A DNA stretch of 62,494 nucleotides, the filler included, from Globobulimina sp. (Eukaryota): NCBI GenBank assembly GCA_003354225.1. It is 28 parts of 28 records of this genome, joined end to end, with 100 filler letters (N's around TTAATTAATTAA, not from the genome) between each part and the next. Parts side by side here need not be neighbours in the genome. Positions count along the whole stretch, not along the records: positions 49,189 to 51,323 come from PIVH01008728.1; positions 51,424 to 53,558 come from PIVH01008729.1; positions 53,659 to 55,792 come from PIVH01008730.1; positions 55,893 to 58,026 come from PIVH01008731.1; positions 58,127 to 60,260 come from PIVH01008732.1; 23 more parts are not named here. One strand, written 5' to 3'. The first letter of the stretch is position 1, and each line of letters opens with the position of its first letter. Below the pieces are notes generated by a model. The model was not told the DNA's origin and did no database searches. It worked only from the letters and a program-made list of their open reading frames with translations. Shown here in pieces: positions 49,189 through 60,360 of the stretch. A program made the position numbers and the translations under genes.

Positions 49189-51323
49189 CATTAACCAGAG
49201 AACGGCCATTAAAGGCCCGGGAAAAACATTAAAAATGAAGGCTTTAGCTGATGTTGTGGAATTTTTGAAGCGAAAAAATGGTCTGGCAGATCCACAAAAA
49301 CTCGAACTCGGGGGTAATCAGCTAGAGTCGTGTTTTATTATTTCTTTGGCAATGTGCCTTTATGCAGAAGAATGTAAACTCTATCAAATGAAATTTTACA
49401 GACATGGAAAGTTTCCTATAGGACTTGAAAAACTGGTGTGCAAAATTTATTCTGGTATCGGAGTTGAGATCGATACGCCTATTTCCGTTGAACATTATAC
49501 AATTATAAATAACTATCTACAGCGAGAGCACAAACGGAATCTGATTGTATACAACATTCCCAATGAATCATCTAAAATCCACCTGATCTATAAAGGTATG
49601 CCATGTCAACCTAATCCAATTCCTGTTCTCACGGCGCAGGGTCACTGTTGGCTCATTACGAATATGAATTTGTTCTTCTCTTCAAAAGGATATTGCTCAA
49701 TATGCTACACACTACTGGAAAGCAAAGCCAAATACCGTCACCAATGTATAAAGAAATGCTCGAAATGCCTGACCAAAATGTGTGCAACATACAGGAGAGA
49801 AAAAGCAAATATAGCCAGTCATCATTGTAAAGATTGTAATGGCTTCTTTGCGGATGTCTTCTGTCTGAACCAGCATCGGCTCCAGGATTCTGATGGTACA
49901 AGTTGTTGCGACAAATTCAAAAGGTGTAGAACTTGTGGAAAAAGAGTGAAAGCGATTAATATACTTCCACATGATCACTATTGTTTGAAGTCAAAGTGTT
50001 TTAACTGTAACCAATGGGAAGATGTCAATCACCAGTGTTATCTTCGAGCACCTGCCGAACGCATGTGCATCAATAACAAAACCCGTCTACTTTATTTTGA
50101 TTTGGAAACACGACAAACTGCAGAAGGTTACCTGGTCCCATTTATATTTTGTTTGATACAAACATGTAACAAGTGTGCCGATGATGTGGATGGGGATCTT
50201 TTTTCATATCGCGACTGTTGTGAGGCTGAACGGACAAAAATATGGATTGGTGACAATTGCATGAAAGATGCTTGTCGGTACATATTCTACAATCAAAAAC
50301 TAGCAGGGTCTGTTCTTATTGCGCACAATCTCAGTGGTTTTGATGGGTTTTTCATCTATGAAACATTGGTTACAATGGGAAAGCAACCAACTATTTTAAC
50401 CAGATCGAACAGAATACTTAGTCTCCAATGTGGTCTCAATGTGAAATGTATATGCAGTTTAAGCTTTTTCCACTGCAAACTTGAAAAACTACCAAAGATT
50501 TTTGGGCTTCATTGTGAAAAACAGTTTCTTCCTCTGAAACTCCTAGAGAACCTAGATCCAGGAAAAAACATAAAAGGCTGGGTGCCACCTCCGGATGTAT
50601 GGCAACCAGAATTGATGAGCGCAGAAAGAAGAGCGCAATTTGAGGTCTATTATGCAGATCTGAAATCTTCACCTGAAAAATTTAATTTTTTCAATTTGAT
50701 GATGGGTTATTGCGCTATGGATACAAAAATTCTATATCAATCGTGTCAAATTTTTCGTGTAATGCTAATCAGGTCAGTAACTTTAAATTTGTCACCACAC
50801 TTCACCCCCATATGCGCCGCCTTAGAGGCGGCGCATCCCCCTCCCAGACCGGGCAACCTTAGAGGTTGCCCGGGGCAGGGTTGGCCCAGGGCAGCTGCTG
50901 CCCTGGGAGGGGGCAGCCACTCATAACAAATATGCATTCTCTTTAATTTATACACATTGTCGTTTGTTTCAGAGAGACAAACATTTGTCCATTTACTTCA
51001 GGCTGTGTTACATTAACAGGTCTTACAACAAAGGTAAGATTACCTAATGCACCATAAATGGTGTTATGTTCGAACATACGAGATTTGTGTACTCTGTAAC
51101 TATGCTTGTTATTTTTGTTCCATTTTCGGTGTGGAGAAAGAATTTTCTAAGTTATGATAGACAAACACGGCTCACAACAGTTGCCTTAATTCCAGACATG
51201 GACCTCAGAGAGAAGCTTCAAGTATGTATAACTAACATATGTGTCATTTGAATTGTGATAATTTCCATTTTTTTATTTCAGGACAAGCAGTCGCTTCTTG
51301 CCCGTTGTTATATTAGCTGGTTG
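49189..51323 (+). mobile_element. Polinton/Maverick-type protein-primed family B DNA polymerase gene fragment with three predicted introns
   Basis: Cys/His-rich N-terminal region, ExoI YFDLET, ExoII IAHNLSGFDGFFI, LEKLPKIFGL, ExoIII YCAMDTKIL. Removing 50773..50972, 51034..51128 and 51222..51281 restores IRETNICPFTSGCVTLTGLTTK-VWRKNFL...VALIP...DKQSLLARCYISWL, the segment expected after the exonuclease domain. Confidence 0.85.
50812..50913. repeat. GC-rich nested inverted-repeat (multi-hairpin) element in polB intron 1
   Basis: Perfect 11-bp stems 50812-22/50826-36, 50849-59/50863-73 and 50837-47/50903-13, plus the 11-nt-arm inverted repeat 50885-95/50897-907. Confidence 0.95.
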
Positions 51324-51578
51324 NNNNNNNNNNNNNNNNNNNNNNNNNNNNNNNNNNNNNNNNNNNNTTAATTAATTAANNNNNNNNNNNNNNNNNNNNN
51401 NNNNNNNNNNNNNNNNNNNNNNNTTTTACTTTTTCTTTTTTTTAAATTGGTTTTTTTTCTTTTTGTGGTTGTTTTTTATTATAAGTGTTGCATATTTTGC
51501 ATTAGTTTTAAACACTGGCAGACAAAAAGATTAATCAAAAACATTATCTTCAAAACTCCATAATTTGCAGCTAGAATC

Positions 51579-52686
51579 ATGGGCTCTTGTATCTCAAAAC
51601 CGAACTACGAAATGATAATTAAAAAAAAAGCTATGCCCAAGAAAATCGATGTTGATATTGATGAAATAACTAATTTAAATGCACCGCAACAAACATCACC
51701 TAACATAACGAAACAGCGTATGAGTGCATCTCAAGAAGAATTACAAATGGTTCTCAATCACTATAAAATAGCACAAAATAAAAATATCGAGCAGATATTA
51801 TTTGAAAATGAATGCCATGTTTTACGGTTTAGAGATAAAATATATTCAGAAGCCAAACGTAATGGAATTACCGCCAAATCAAATGACAATCTGCGATTAG
51901 AAGTATTAGAAGCTGTCATTGAATATGCTTTCATGAACATTGAACCACCAAATCAATATACAAAGGTATGCAATTAATGCAAACTACAAATGTACGTATT
52001 AGTTAACGTTGTTTTATGTTTTTCATTCAGCAAACCGATAGAAAACATTTCAAAGATGTTGCTACATTTTCTGCTAAATTCTGTGAGACTAAAAATATCA
52101 AAGTGCCCTTTACCTTGATTTGTGCCGCATGGTATCATGATATTGAACGATTTATACCCTCCATCAAATGCAAATATCTCCCTCAAGTATGTAGTACGTG
52201 CCTTTGTTTTTACTTTTTACTTTTACTCACTTTGGACAGTCAGTAGATAAGTATCGCAAACAAGTGATTCATCCAATAACCTCTGCAAAAGTAGCGCGGG
52301 TATTGTTGAATGGTGGCCCTATAACACCGCAAGAGATTGATCGTATTTATGAGTTGATTGTGCGCCATGACCTTCCCAATCCGCAAAAAGATATTATTAT
52401 TTTGGATCAATTATTAATACAGAAAGCAGAGGAAGATTTATTGTGGGAATTGGAATGTTTGCGGGATGGGGACGCCTTGGCATTCTTCGAGTGTACGATT
52501 TCATTGTTTATCACATTTAAAAGTTATACCAATTCGCCAGATTGGATATGGCAACGCGTCACAAGTAATGTGAAGCGGTTGCGACCACATTTACAACCAA
52601 AGGCTGCACGGTGTATCAGGAATTTATCCAAAGATATATTATCAAAAATGAGTGTAAATTATGATGAATTGAAACAAATTAATTAA
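51579..52686 (+). CDS. Hypothetical protein, 3 exons, N-terminal dual-acylation motif
   Basis: Starts MGSCIS. Introns 51966..52030 and 52187..52239 join three ORFs in frame. Confidence 0.7.
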
Positions 52687-53131
52687 TTAGAACTAAAAAA
52701 AAATAAATAACGAATGAGCTGCTTTAATGAATATATTAATTTCATTTAAAGCAATGTCATCACTATTTTCGATGTTTTTGCCTGTTTTTGCCTGTTTTGT
52801 AGAAAAGTGTATACAATTGTTTTTGTATAAAAGTTAATTTAAAAGTATAAAAGTTGAAGTGATTTTATATCCAATTACAAACTGGCGAGTGTTATCAATA
52901 AATATTTTGATGTGTTTGTTCTTTTTTTATTATATATTCTATTTCCCAATTATTGGTTTTTCGGTTTATTACTGGTGTTTCTTCTGTTTATTATTAATTA
53001 TATAGTTTTAATAAATTTAATTTTGAAAAACGAACGTTTGAATTATCCTCGCACACACGGGAGATGTGAAAAGGTTTTGTAGTAATGTTTTGTCGTCACA
53101 TTTGGAATTAAGTTGGAACAACTTTTGACTG

Positions 53132-53558
53132 ATGCTGCCAGGGACAAACGCAATGTCAAAGACGTTGCCAGAAATGATAACTTGTGAATGTGGCCAAATG
53201 TTAAACAAAATAAGTATTCAACAAAATAAGGACGGCAAACCTGTACAATGTGATAATTGTGAAAGACTTTTAAAAACATCAACATTAGCATATGATTGCA
53301 TCAATCGACATTGTTATTGTTTAAAATGTTCTGCATCTCTACTCGTCAATGTCCACAACAAAGGATTAGTGAATCCAATCCATTGCGCCTGTCAAGAAAT
53401 AATGATATTAAGCCAACCCTTTGAAGCGTATGGAAGTTCAGCTGCTTATTGTAATAATACAACATGTACAGCAAAAATTGGTAGAATAGAATATGTATGT
53501 CTTTGCATTATAGTATCTACTAAAATATATACAATATACATATACAATGTAAGTGCTA
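53132..53558 (+). CDS. Cys-rich putative Zn-binding protein, 3' partial
   Basis: Repeated CxCG..L / CD.C / YDC..HCYCLKC units. Confidence 0.5.
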
Positions 53559-53915
53559 NNNNNNNNNNNNNNNNNNNNNNNNNNNNNNNNNNNNNNNNNN
53601 NNTTAATTAATTAANNNNNNNNNNNNNNNNNNNNNNNNNNNNNNNNNNNNNNNNNNNNTCGCAACAAAGAGCTGGTGATTTGACAAACTCAAGAATGATA
53701 GATAATGATGATATTTTTGATTAATAAAATAGATTTTGTTTTTTTTAGATGGTTTCTTATTCTATTTAAATATTACAATCCACAAATTATCAAATGCAAC
53801 ATCGCCAGCTGTCGTTAGCAAAAACAGTTTTTGAAAAAGCTTAAGGTTAGCAAATGTTACAGACATTGACATCTCCTTCATTTAATGAATGGAAATCAAG
53901 CACGAGTTTGTCAAA

Positions 53916-54479
53916 TCACCAGCTCTTTGTTGCGATGAACATTACACCCATTGACATTAAATAACTAATCCATTTATATGGGGATGGCAATGTATTACCA
54001 TATTTATCGTCCATTTCATCATTTATTATTCCATAATATTGCAATAAATTAAAATAAAAGTATTTAATGGAATTATTGCTATGGTTCGCCATCCAATGAT
54101 TTATTAACATATTATCATAAAATGGCAATCCAGAACAAGCATTTCCATGTTTAGAAGATGGATAATCTGCGATAATAATCACTCTCCATTGCGATGGATA
54201 CAAATTATTATCGATATCTAAACACCGAAATATTACCGATCTGCGAGGTATAATATTTTGCGAGCGATATTTTTCAGGACCGAGGAATTCTTTTGAATCA
54301 TAATTTGCTTTGATTGTGGATGCTAATGCTTTGAACCAAGTTTCGTTTAAAATTTCTTTTAATTTACATTCGTTATCTTCACTGTTATTTTGAGGTAATG
54401 CTCGTTTTGTGCATATTGGGTTTTCATCAATAAAATCATATTGATCCCAATAACTTGATTGACGCGAATAAAAACTCAT
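53916..54479 (-). CDS. Divergent uracil-DNA glycosylase-like protein, apparently truncated
   Basis: ETWFKAL...IIPRRSVIFRCL...P..WRVIIIADYP...SGLPF...NSIK...GVMF follows the family-1 UDG motif order. The ORF ends inside an inverted-repeat arm. Confidence 0.6.
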   Translation of the reverse strand: MSFYSRQSSYWDQYDFIDENPICTKRALPQNNSEDNECKLKEILNETWFKALASTIKANYDSKEFLGPEKYRSQNIIPRRSVIFRCLDIDNNLYPSQWRVIIIADYPSSKHGNACSGLPFYDNMLINHWMANHSNNSIKYFYFNLLQYYGIINDEMDDKYGNTLPSPYKWISYLMSMGVMFIATKSW

Positions 54480-54556
54480 TCACCCATTCAAGGCTGAACT
54501 CAGATTAAAAATTTCAAAAAACATTTTAAATAGCTACAGCCTTAATTTATATAACC

Positions 54557-55062
54557 ATGGAGCAGTTAATTAGATTCAGGAAACTCGCTGATTTATTAAC
54601 CCAAAATGAGTTTGGTTTATTCGTCAAAACCTCCAATGCAGACATAAGAGGCATTATTTTAAAAGGGTTGTTCTCTTTATTAATGAACAAATTCAAAATG
54701 ATCGAAACAGCTCCGATTTGACAGAAACAATACAAACTATCTCAAAAATAATTGAATCAAGAAATGCAAAACAATTAAAAGACATTGAATCAAAAAAAGA
54801 GCCAACTGAATTATCATTAAATGATTTACCATCTGTACTTATTGGTGAATGTGGATCTTTTTTACCATTTATTGATTATAAATCATTACAAAATGTATCA
54901 AGATCTGTATTTATTGGATGTAATAATCCAAATACAGTGACAACAATTGACATGGGAATATTTGACAGAAATTATCATTCAAGACAGCATCTAAAATTAG
55001 TGAAATATAAAAAAGTAATTAATTTTGAGATTGATATGGATTATTTTTCGGTGTTATATTAA
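54557..55062 (+). pseudogene. Frameshifted gene with F-box-like motif
   Basis: The frame from ATG 54557 stops near 54720, while the overlapping frame carries LNDLPSVLIGECGSFL...LQNVSRSVF. No obvious intron reconciles the two. Confidence 0.45.
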
Positions 55063-55460
55063 ATTAATTGGATTCCATTGGATTTGGATTTAATATGAAT
55101 TTAATGAATTTAATAATCCAATATAGATTTAATAATCTAATGTCAATTTAATAATCTAATGCGGTTTTTTCAAGGATGAAAAGAAAGAACCATTGCTGTC
55201 TTTAAAAAAAGAGTCTTCAAAAAAACTTTGATTGTTTGTCACTGGGCTTGGTCTTGGATAACTTCATCCAATTTCTTTTCATAATTTCTTACCAAATCTC
55301 CAATTAAACCCAATGCTTTCATATTTAAAAAATCACCACAACCTCTACCAAATTTATCCCAATCTACACCTTTATGATTATCCCATTCACATCGCACCTT
55401 TGCATATATACCAGATTTGGTATTATTATCCACAATCTTTGCAAAGGTGGGCTTCATTTA

Positions 55461-55792
55461 ATGGCTGGATTTAAAACTGAGGATGTTGGTTTTGTTCCGG
55501 TGGTTGTGCCTTGTGCTACAATGCTGTACAAATACGCCAAACCGGATCAACATACATATGAGCTTGGATTAAAAGAATTAATTAAACAATGTTTAAATAA
55601 ATATAACATAAATATTATTAATGATGATATTGTGGTTCATGCAATGTGTGATATGGAAAAACAATTGCGATACGCAATTAAATCGACATGGACTAAAAGC
55701 ATAATGAAAATATGTCACTTTCATTATTCGCAAGCGCTAACAACAAACATTGGAGCAAAGGGATTGAAAACATATTATCAATCCAATGGTAA
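55461..55792 (+). mobile_element. MULE (Mutator-like) transposase domain fragment
   Basis: VPCATMLY...TY...MCDMEKQLRYAI...ICHFHYSQAL...GLKTYY matches the MULE D(F/M)E..L..A...CxFH..Q signature. Confidence 0.75.
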
Positions 55793-56166
55793 NNNNNNNN
55801 NNNNNNNNNNNNNNNNNNNNNNNNNNNNNNNNNNNNTTAATTAATTAANNNNNNNNNNNNNNNNNNNNNNNNNNNNNNNNNNNNNNNNNNNNTGTTTCCA
55901 ACACTGCTGTCAAGAATAGTAACAGCGCAAAGAAATCAAAGTTAATAATTTATAATAATTACACAAATGAACCGTAGCATATATAATAATCAATTTAATC
56001 AATAAATATTGCAACACTGGGAAGTATGTATCAGAGGCAAAAAAAACCCTATTAATTATACAACACAAAACAATAAAAAGACAACACAAAACAAAAGGAA
56101 AATTAAAAAGAATGGACAAATATATCATAAAATAAGATACAAATCAAACGCGATGTATCCGTATCT

Positions 56167-58026
56167 TCACAACAAGTCGTCATCAAGACCAAAATTGCTA
56201 GGTTTTTGTTGCGAAATATACGTCACCGCAGCATTGATTAAGCTAAAACAGAACCCAGTTTGTCCAAATGATAATATCTTTTCTGTATAGAACTTTTTCA
56301 TCATAAAAAGCCATCTATTCCAATAGTCCACATTCGACTGAATCAAACAATAAACCACGATGGGAAACAATGAGTCGCCCGACAGCACCACCTCGCTGCC
56401 GTCAGTTTGTTTGAGTTTAGAATATCTCGTGGCGCACTTCTGTATATCATGAATGGTGTCGATCACTAACACGATGCTGTCCTGCGGCACAATAATATGC
56501 GACAAGTCTTTCAATTTACTGATCGGTTTATAGTACGCGATGCGTTCTTCATTCTGCATCTCTGCGTTGACAAACACCGTCTTCTGCTTATTTTGCCGCA
56601 TTTTCTTCTTGGACCCACTCATAAATCCATACGACTTTGACGGTTTACTCAATGTCTGCTTCAATGCTTTGACCCCTTTCACATAATAATAGCAAAACTG
56701 CTCCTCAATGCCGATCCGATTCTGCGTCATTGTGCTCATCCAAACCAACTGTTTCTTGTACTTAAGGTCCGCATTCGTAGCCTCCTCATCCTTATCAATC
56801 ACATAACTGATCACCGCATTGCATTTGGGGAAAATGCTGCGTCCAATCATCAAATTGGTGCAGTCCCAGAACAACTTCTGGAAAAACGGTGAGTTCGCAT
56901 TCAATTCACACGAGTCCAAAAAAGGATTAGTTAGTTTGTAGATAAACGTCGAGATCTTAGTCAGTGACAGGTTCTCCTTATCAATGACCTTGTGATTAAC
57001 GTCATCGTTGTTGATGTATTTGGCCAGGAACGCATCGATGCATTTTTTCTGCGCAAAGCGCGGATCGTACAACAACTGCTGGAACGGGACCTGATAGCCA
57101 TTGTCTTTGGGATGGAAATACGGCAAACCATCGCTGACGTTTTTGGTCATGGTGGTTTTGTTCGACGTGTCGATGATTTGCACCAACATCGTGAGGATAT
57201 GCTTGGTGCGGTCCTGGGCGCTCATTGGCTGTACGATGTCTTCGTACTTCTTCTCATTGTACTTCTTCTTCAGTTCATGGATGACTTCTTTTAACGACTT
57301 CTCGTTCTCTCGCTTTATATTTATATCGGGCGGTAAGCGGATATTGGAAGCAGTCATCATGGCGGCCTCCACCGTTAATACCAAGTCATCCAAACTGAAC
57401 TTCTTGGCATCTTTTTTGATGCGATCGCGCGTCTTCTTTAATTGCCGGTATTTGTCACGAAAACACTCGCAATATTTGGTGGCGATTTCGATGCGGATTT
57501 GGATCAACAATGCAAAGTTGCTGTAATAGCTCCGACAGAGGTTGGTCAGGCTGAAATTGTTGATATTTTCCCATTTTTCCAGCTCTTTCTTCATTTCGTT
57601 GTGGCATTTCGTCAGTTCGTCCTGCAGCGACACTAGGTTTCGGACATATATCTTCAATTTCTCTTCGACTTTGCCTATGCGATACAAATGGGTTAAACTC
57701 CGACGATATAAATATACAAAAACATACCGATGCTGATGTCTAATTTGCTCATCACATCTTTTTTGTTCTTGCCCCTCGACAGTCGATGCAACACAGTCCG
57801 TCTGTTTTGGTACAATTTCTCCGACAAACTCAACTCGTCGACGTTCCTGGCACTGAATGCTCGTTGGTGACTGCGTCGAAATTGCTTCGCTTTGCTATAT
57901 GAATCGGTCATATCTACGGATTTCGTGATTCTTTTCTTGTCGTTCTCATCCACACTGGACGTGGCACTCCGCGATTTGGCTAATAACGGCGCATTTGGCG
58001 GTCGCTTGGGTTTGGTTTTGCATTTG
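56167..58026 (-). CDS. VPS9-domain (Rab5-family GEF) protein, 5' partial
   Basis: LSGDSLFPIVVYCLIQSN...GQTGFCFSLINAAVTYI. Intron 57675..57727 links ORF 57693..57953. Confidence 0.8.
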
Positions 58027-58126
58027 NNNNNNNNNNNNNNNNNNNNNNNNNNNNNNNNNNNNNNNNNNNNTTAATTAATTAANNNNNNNNNNNNNNNNNN
58101 NNNNNNNNNNNNNNNNNNNNNNNNNN

Positions 58127-59075
58127 AAAAATATTCATATTTAATTTAATACCATTTGGTATTTGTGCAGGACGAGTGATTTCAATTAAACTTGAATTTA
58201 TCCCTAACACTGCAGATAGCTCATATCGTATTTTCTTTGTACGATTTTTGCATCTTTTGATGTTTTCAATGATGCATTTTCCTGTAACATCAAATTCAAT
58301 GCTAACGGAGTCTTGCGAATATGCAATTTTCTTTTGTGTAGCCATGGAAATAACCGCAATTACTATGGATATAACGGAAAAGAGCATCGATATTCCAACA
58401 ATAGCACTAAATGCAACACTTGAGCTATTATGGAATATATACCATGTTTGAATGAATAATTGTGGAATGTTCTAAGTTGGTGATGTGTGTATCATATTTA
58501 ATTGTTTGATATTAAACTCATTGTAAATTTTACTTAACTTCCAATAACACACTGCTGTACACCCGTTTATATTTAAACGACAACAATTGATGCTTTGTAA
58601 GAGCCATATCAAAATATGGAAGATTAAACATATTTGATGTGCATAAATCTGTGGCAGAAAAAGTGCTGCCACACAAAATAGACAAAGCATATAACAATTT
58701 AATATTTTCTGCAATCCATATTCGTGTTCGGTCGTTTTTCATCCAATGTTTACCAATTTCATGATGTAGCTGAAATAAAGAAACAAGCAAAGGAATCACA
58801 ATAAATGCGATAGACAGTGCATACATAATAAATAATGGATTGTCACTAATTTCAACCACAAACAATACGTCGGAGAACATGTCCATTGTTTGCAAACTCG
58901 CCGTGACCACTGCCGCGACTTTGTAATAATCGTTGCATGAGATACAATGCGAATATATATATGATGTGATCACCAACACAAAGCATATACCTCCAATAAC
59001 ACATAAAATAATCTCATTTGTTTGAAAAACAATATTCTTAACCTGTTCTTCCATGCTGTTTACAGTTTGTTCCAT
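58127..59075 (-). CDS. Multi-pass membrane protein, 3' partial
   Basis: Several TM helices. Intron 58472..58538 gives SVLLE|NIPQLFIQ. Confidence 0.6.
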
Positions 59076-59208
59076 AGTTACATTGATTCCTGTGGCTATT
59101 TGTTATGTTTGGTTTTTGATCGGTAAATATCAATAAAACAACAAAATTACTCAACTCGTGATAGCACCCGAAAATCCTTGACAATGTTAGCAATTTTATT
59201 TTAAGTAT

Positions 59209-60185
59209 TCAACAAATAATATACATACCAGTTGGAGAGGATGTATTTGGTTTTGATGATGTTGGAATCAATGTGGTTGCCGCCGGAGCGGTGGTGCTTG
59301 GAACTGCGGTGCTGGGAACTGTGGTGCTTGGAATTGTGGTGCTTGGAACTGCGGTGCTTGGAACTGCGGTGCTGGGAACTGCGGTGCTGGGAATTGCGGT
59401 GCTTGGAACTGCGGTGATCGGTGCTGGCGTAGTTTGCGTGGCTGATCCTGGCTTACAAGTTACAGATAAATCATAATGTCCAGAATCAGAAGTCCCGCCA
59501 ACTTCTGCTGTCGAATAAAAAGATACTCTGATATACGCGGCAGACATTGCAGAAGATTGCTGTGCAGGCACAGTATATATATCTTGCTCTGTGGATCCCG
59601 GACAGTTACCACAATCACTATAACCCCAAGCATTTATTGCACAGAACGGACCGGATATTATTGTTCCTGTGGAATTATACAAAGTTAATGAAGTGTCAAA
59701 GTCACTATTCCCAGTGGAGCAGGTGCTAAATGTTATATTATTCACTTTTGTTTCGACATTTGTTAATTGCCAGTAATGCTTTGATGCGAAATCAATCCAA
59801 ACTGATTTAGTTTTATTGCATGATATACTTCCAACCAAAGGGCTTACTGTGCCATTAAGCACTGGATCTTGTTCTGTATTAAAAGTGAAGACAACACTAG
59901 TTTGGAAATATACGCTTATTATTTCATTGTAAGGCTTACTAAACTGCAACAAATCCCGTTCGTTCCCAACTGACCACCAAATTGTGAATTAGAACATTGT
60001 ATTGGTGCTGAAGTTTCTTGATATGCATAGACTGCATCATTATCGTTACTATAACTTACTATGCTGAGCGCGTTTACATTACAATATGCATTATAAATGG
60101 AGCATTGAGTATAACCTATTGGACAGCCCTCATAAACTCTAAATATTGCACATAATAATGTGAATAAGGTGTAACGAAGTGACAT
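59209..60185 (-). CDS. Secreted Cys-containing protein with mucin-like PST repeats (exon structure uncertain)
   Basis: Signal peptide MSLRYTLFTLLCAIFRVYEG, TFSTC...SDFDTSLTL domain and (PSTAV)n stalk. Confidence 0.6.
59291..59416. repeat. 15-bp coding minisatellite, about 8.4 copies
   Basis: Unit G(C/T)GGTGCT(T/G)GGAA(C/T)T, encoding PST(A/T)(V/I) on the minus strand. Confidence 0.95.
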
Positions 60186-60360
60186 GTTTACCAAAACAGA
60201 AAAATCAAAATCTTAAAAACAGCAAAAACCTCAAAGGCACGAAACAATGAAACCAAACAGNNNNNNNNNNNNNNNNNNNNNNNNNNNNNNNNNNNNNNNN
60301 NNNNTTAATTAATTAANNNNNNNNNNNNNNNNNNNNNNNNNNNNNNNNNNNNNNNNNNNN

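Noticed and set aside
50773-50926. Pro/Gly/Ala-rich C-terminal tail of the 563-aa ORF as real protein
   Set aside because: It is read-through into predicted intron 1. Polymerase homology resumes at 50973.
2891-58538. Apparent excess of introns with length divisible by three (8 of 15 host introns resolved)
   Set aside because: The sample is small and biased by how the introns were found.
59291-59416. 15-bp repeat as a CRISPR-like or regulatory array
   Set aside because: The units are head-to-tail without spacers and encode an ordinary PST-rich stalk.
2138-60360. Regularly spaced TTAATTAATTAA repeats resembling an array
   Set aside because: Each copy is embedded in N runs at contig joins. 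It is an artificial linker, not CRISPR or a biological repeat, and gene neighbourhoods across linkers carry no meaning.
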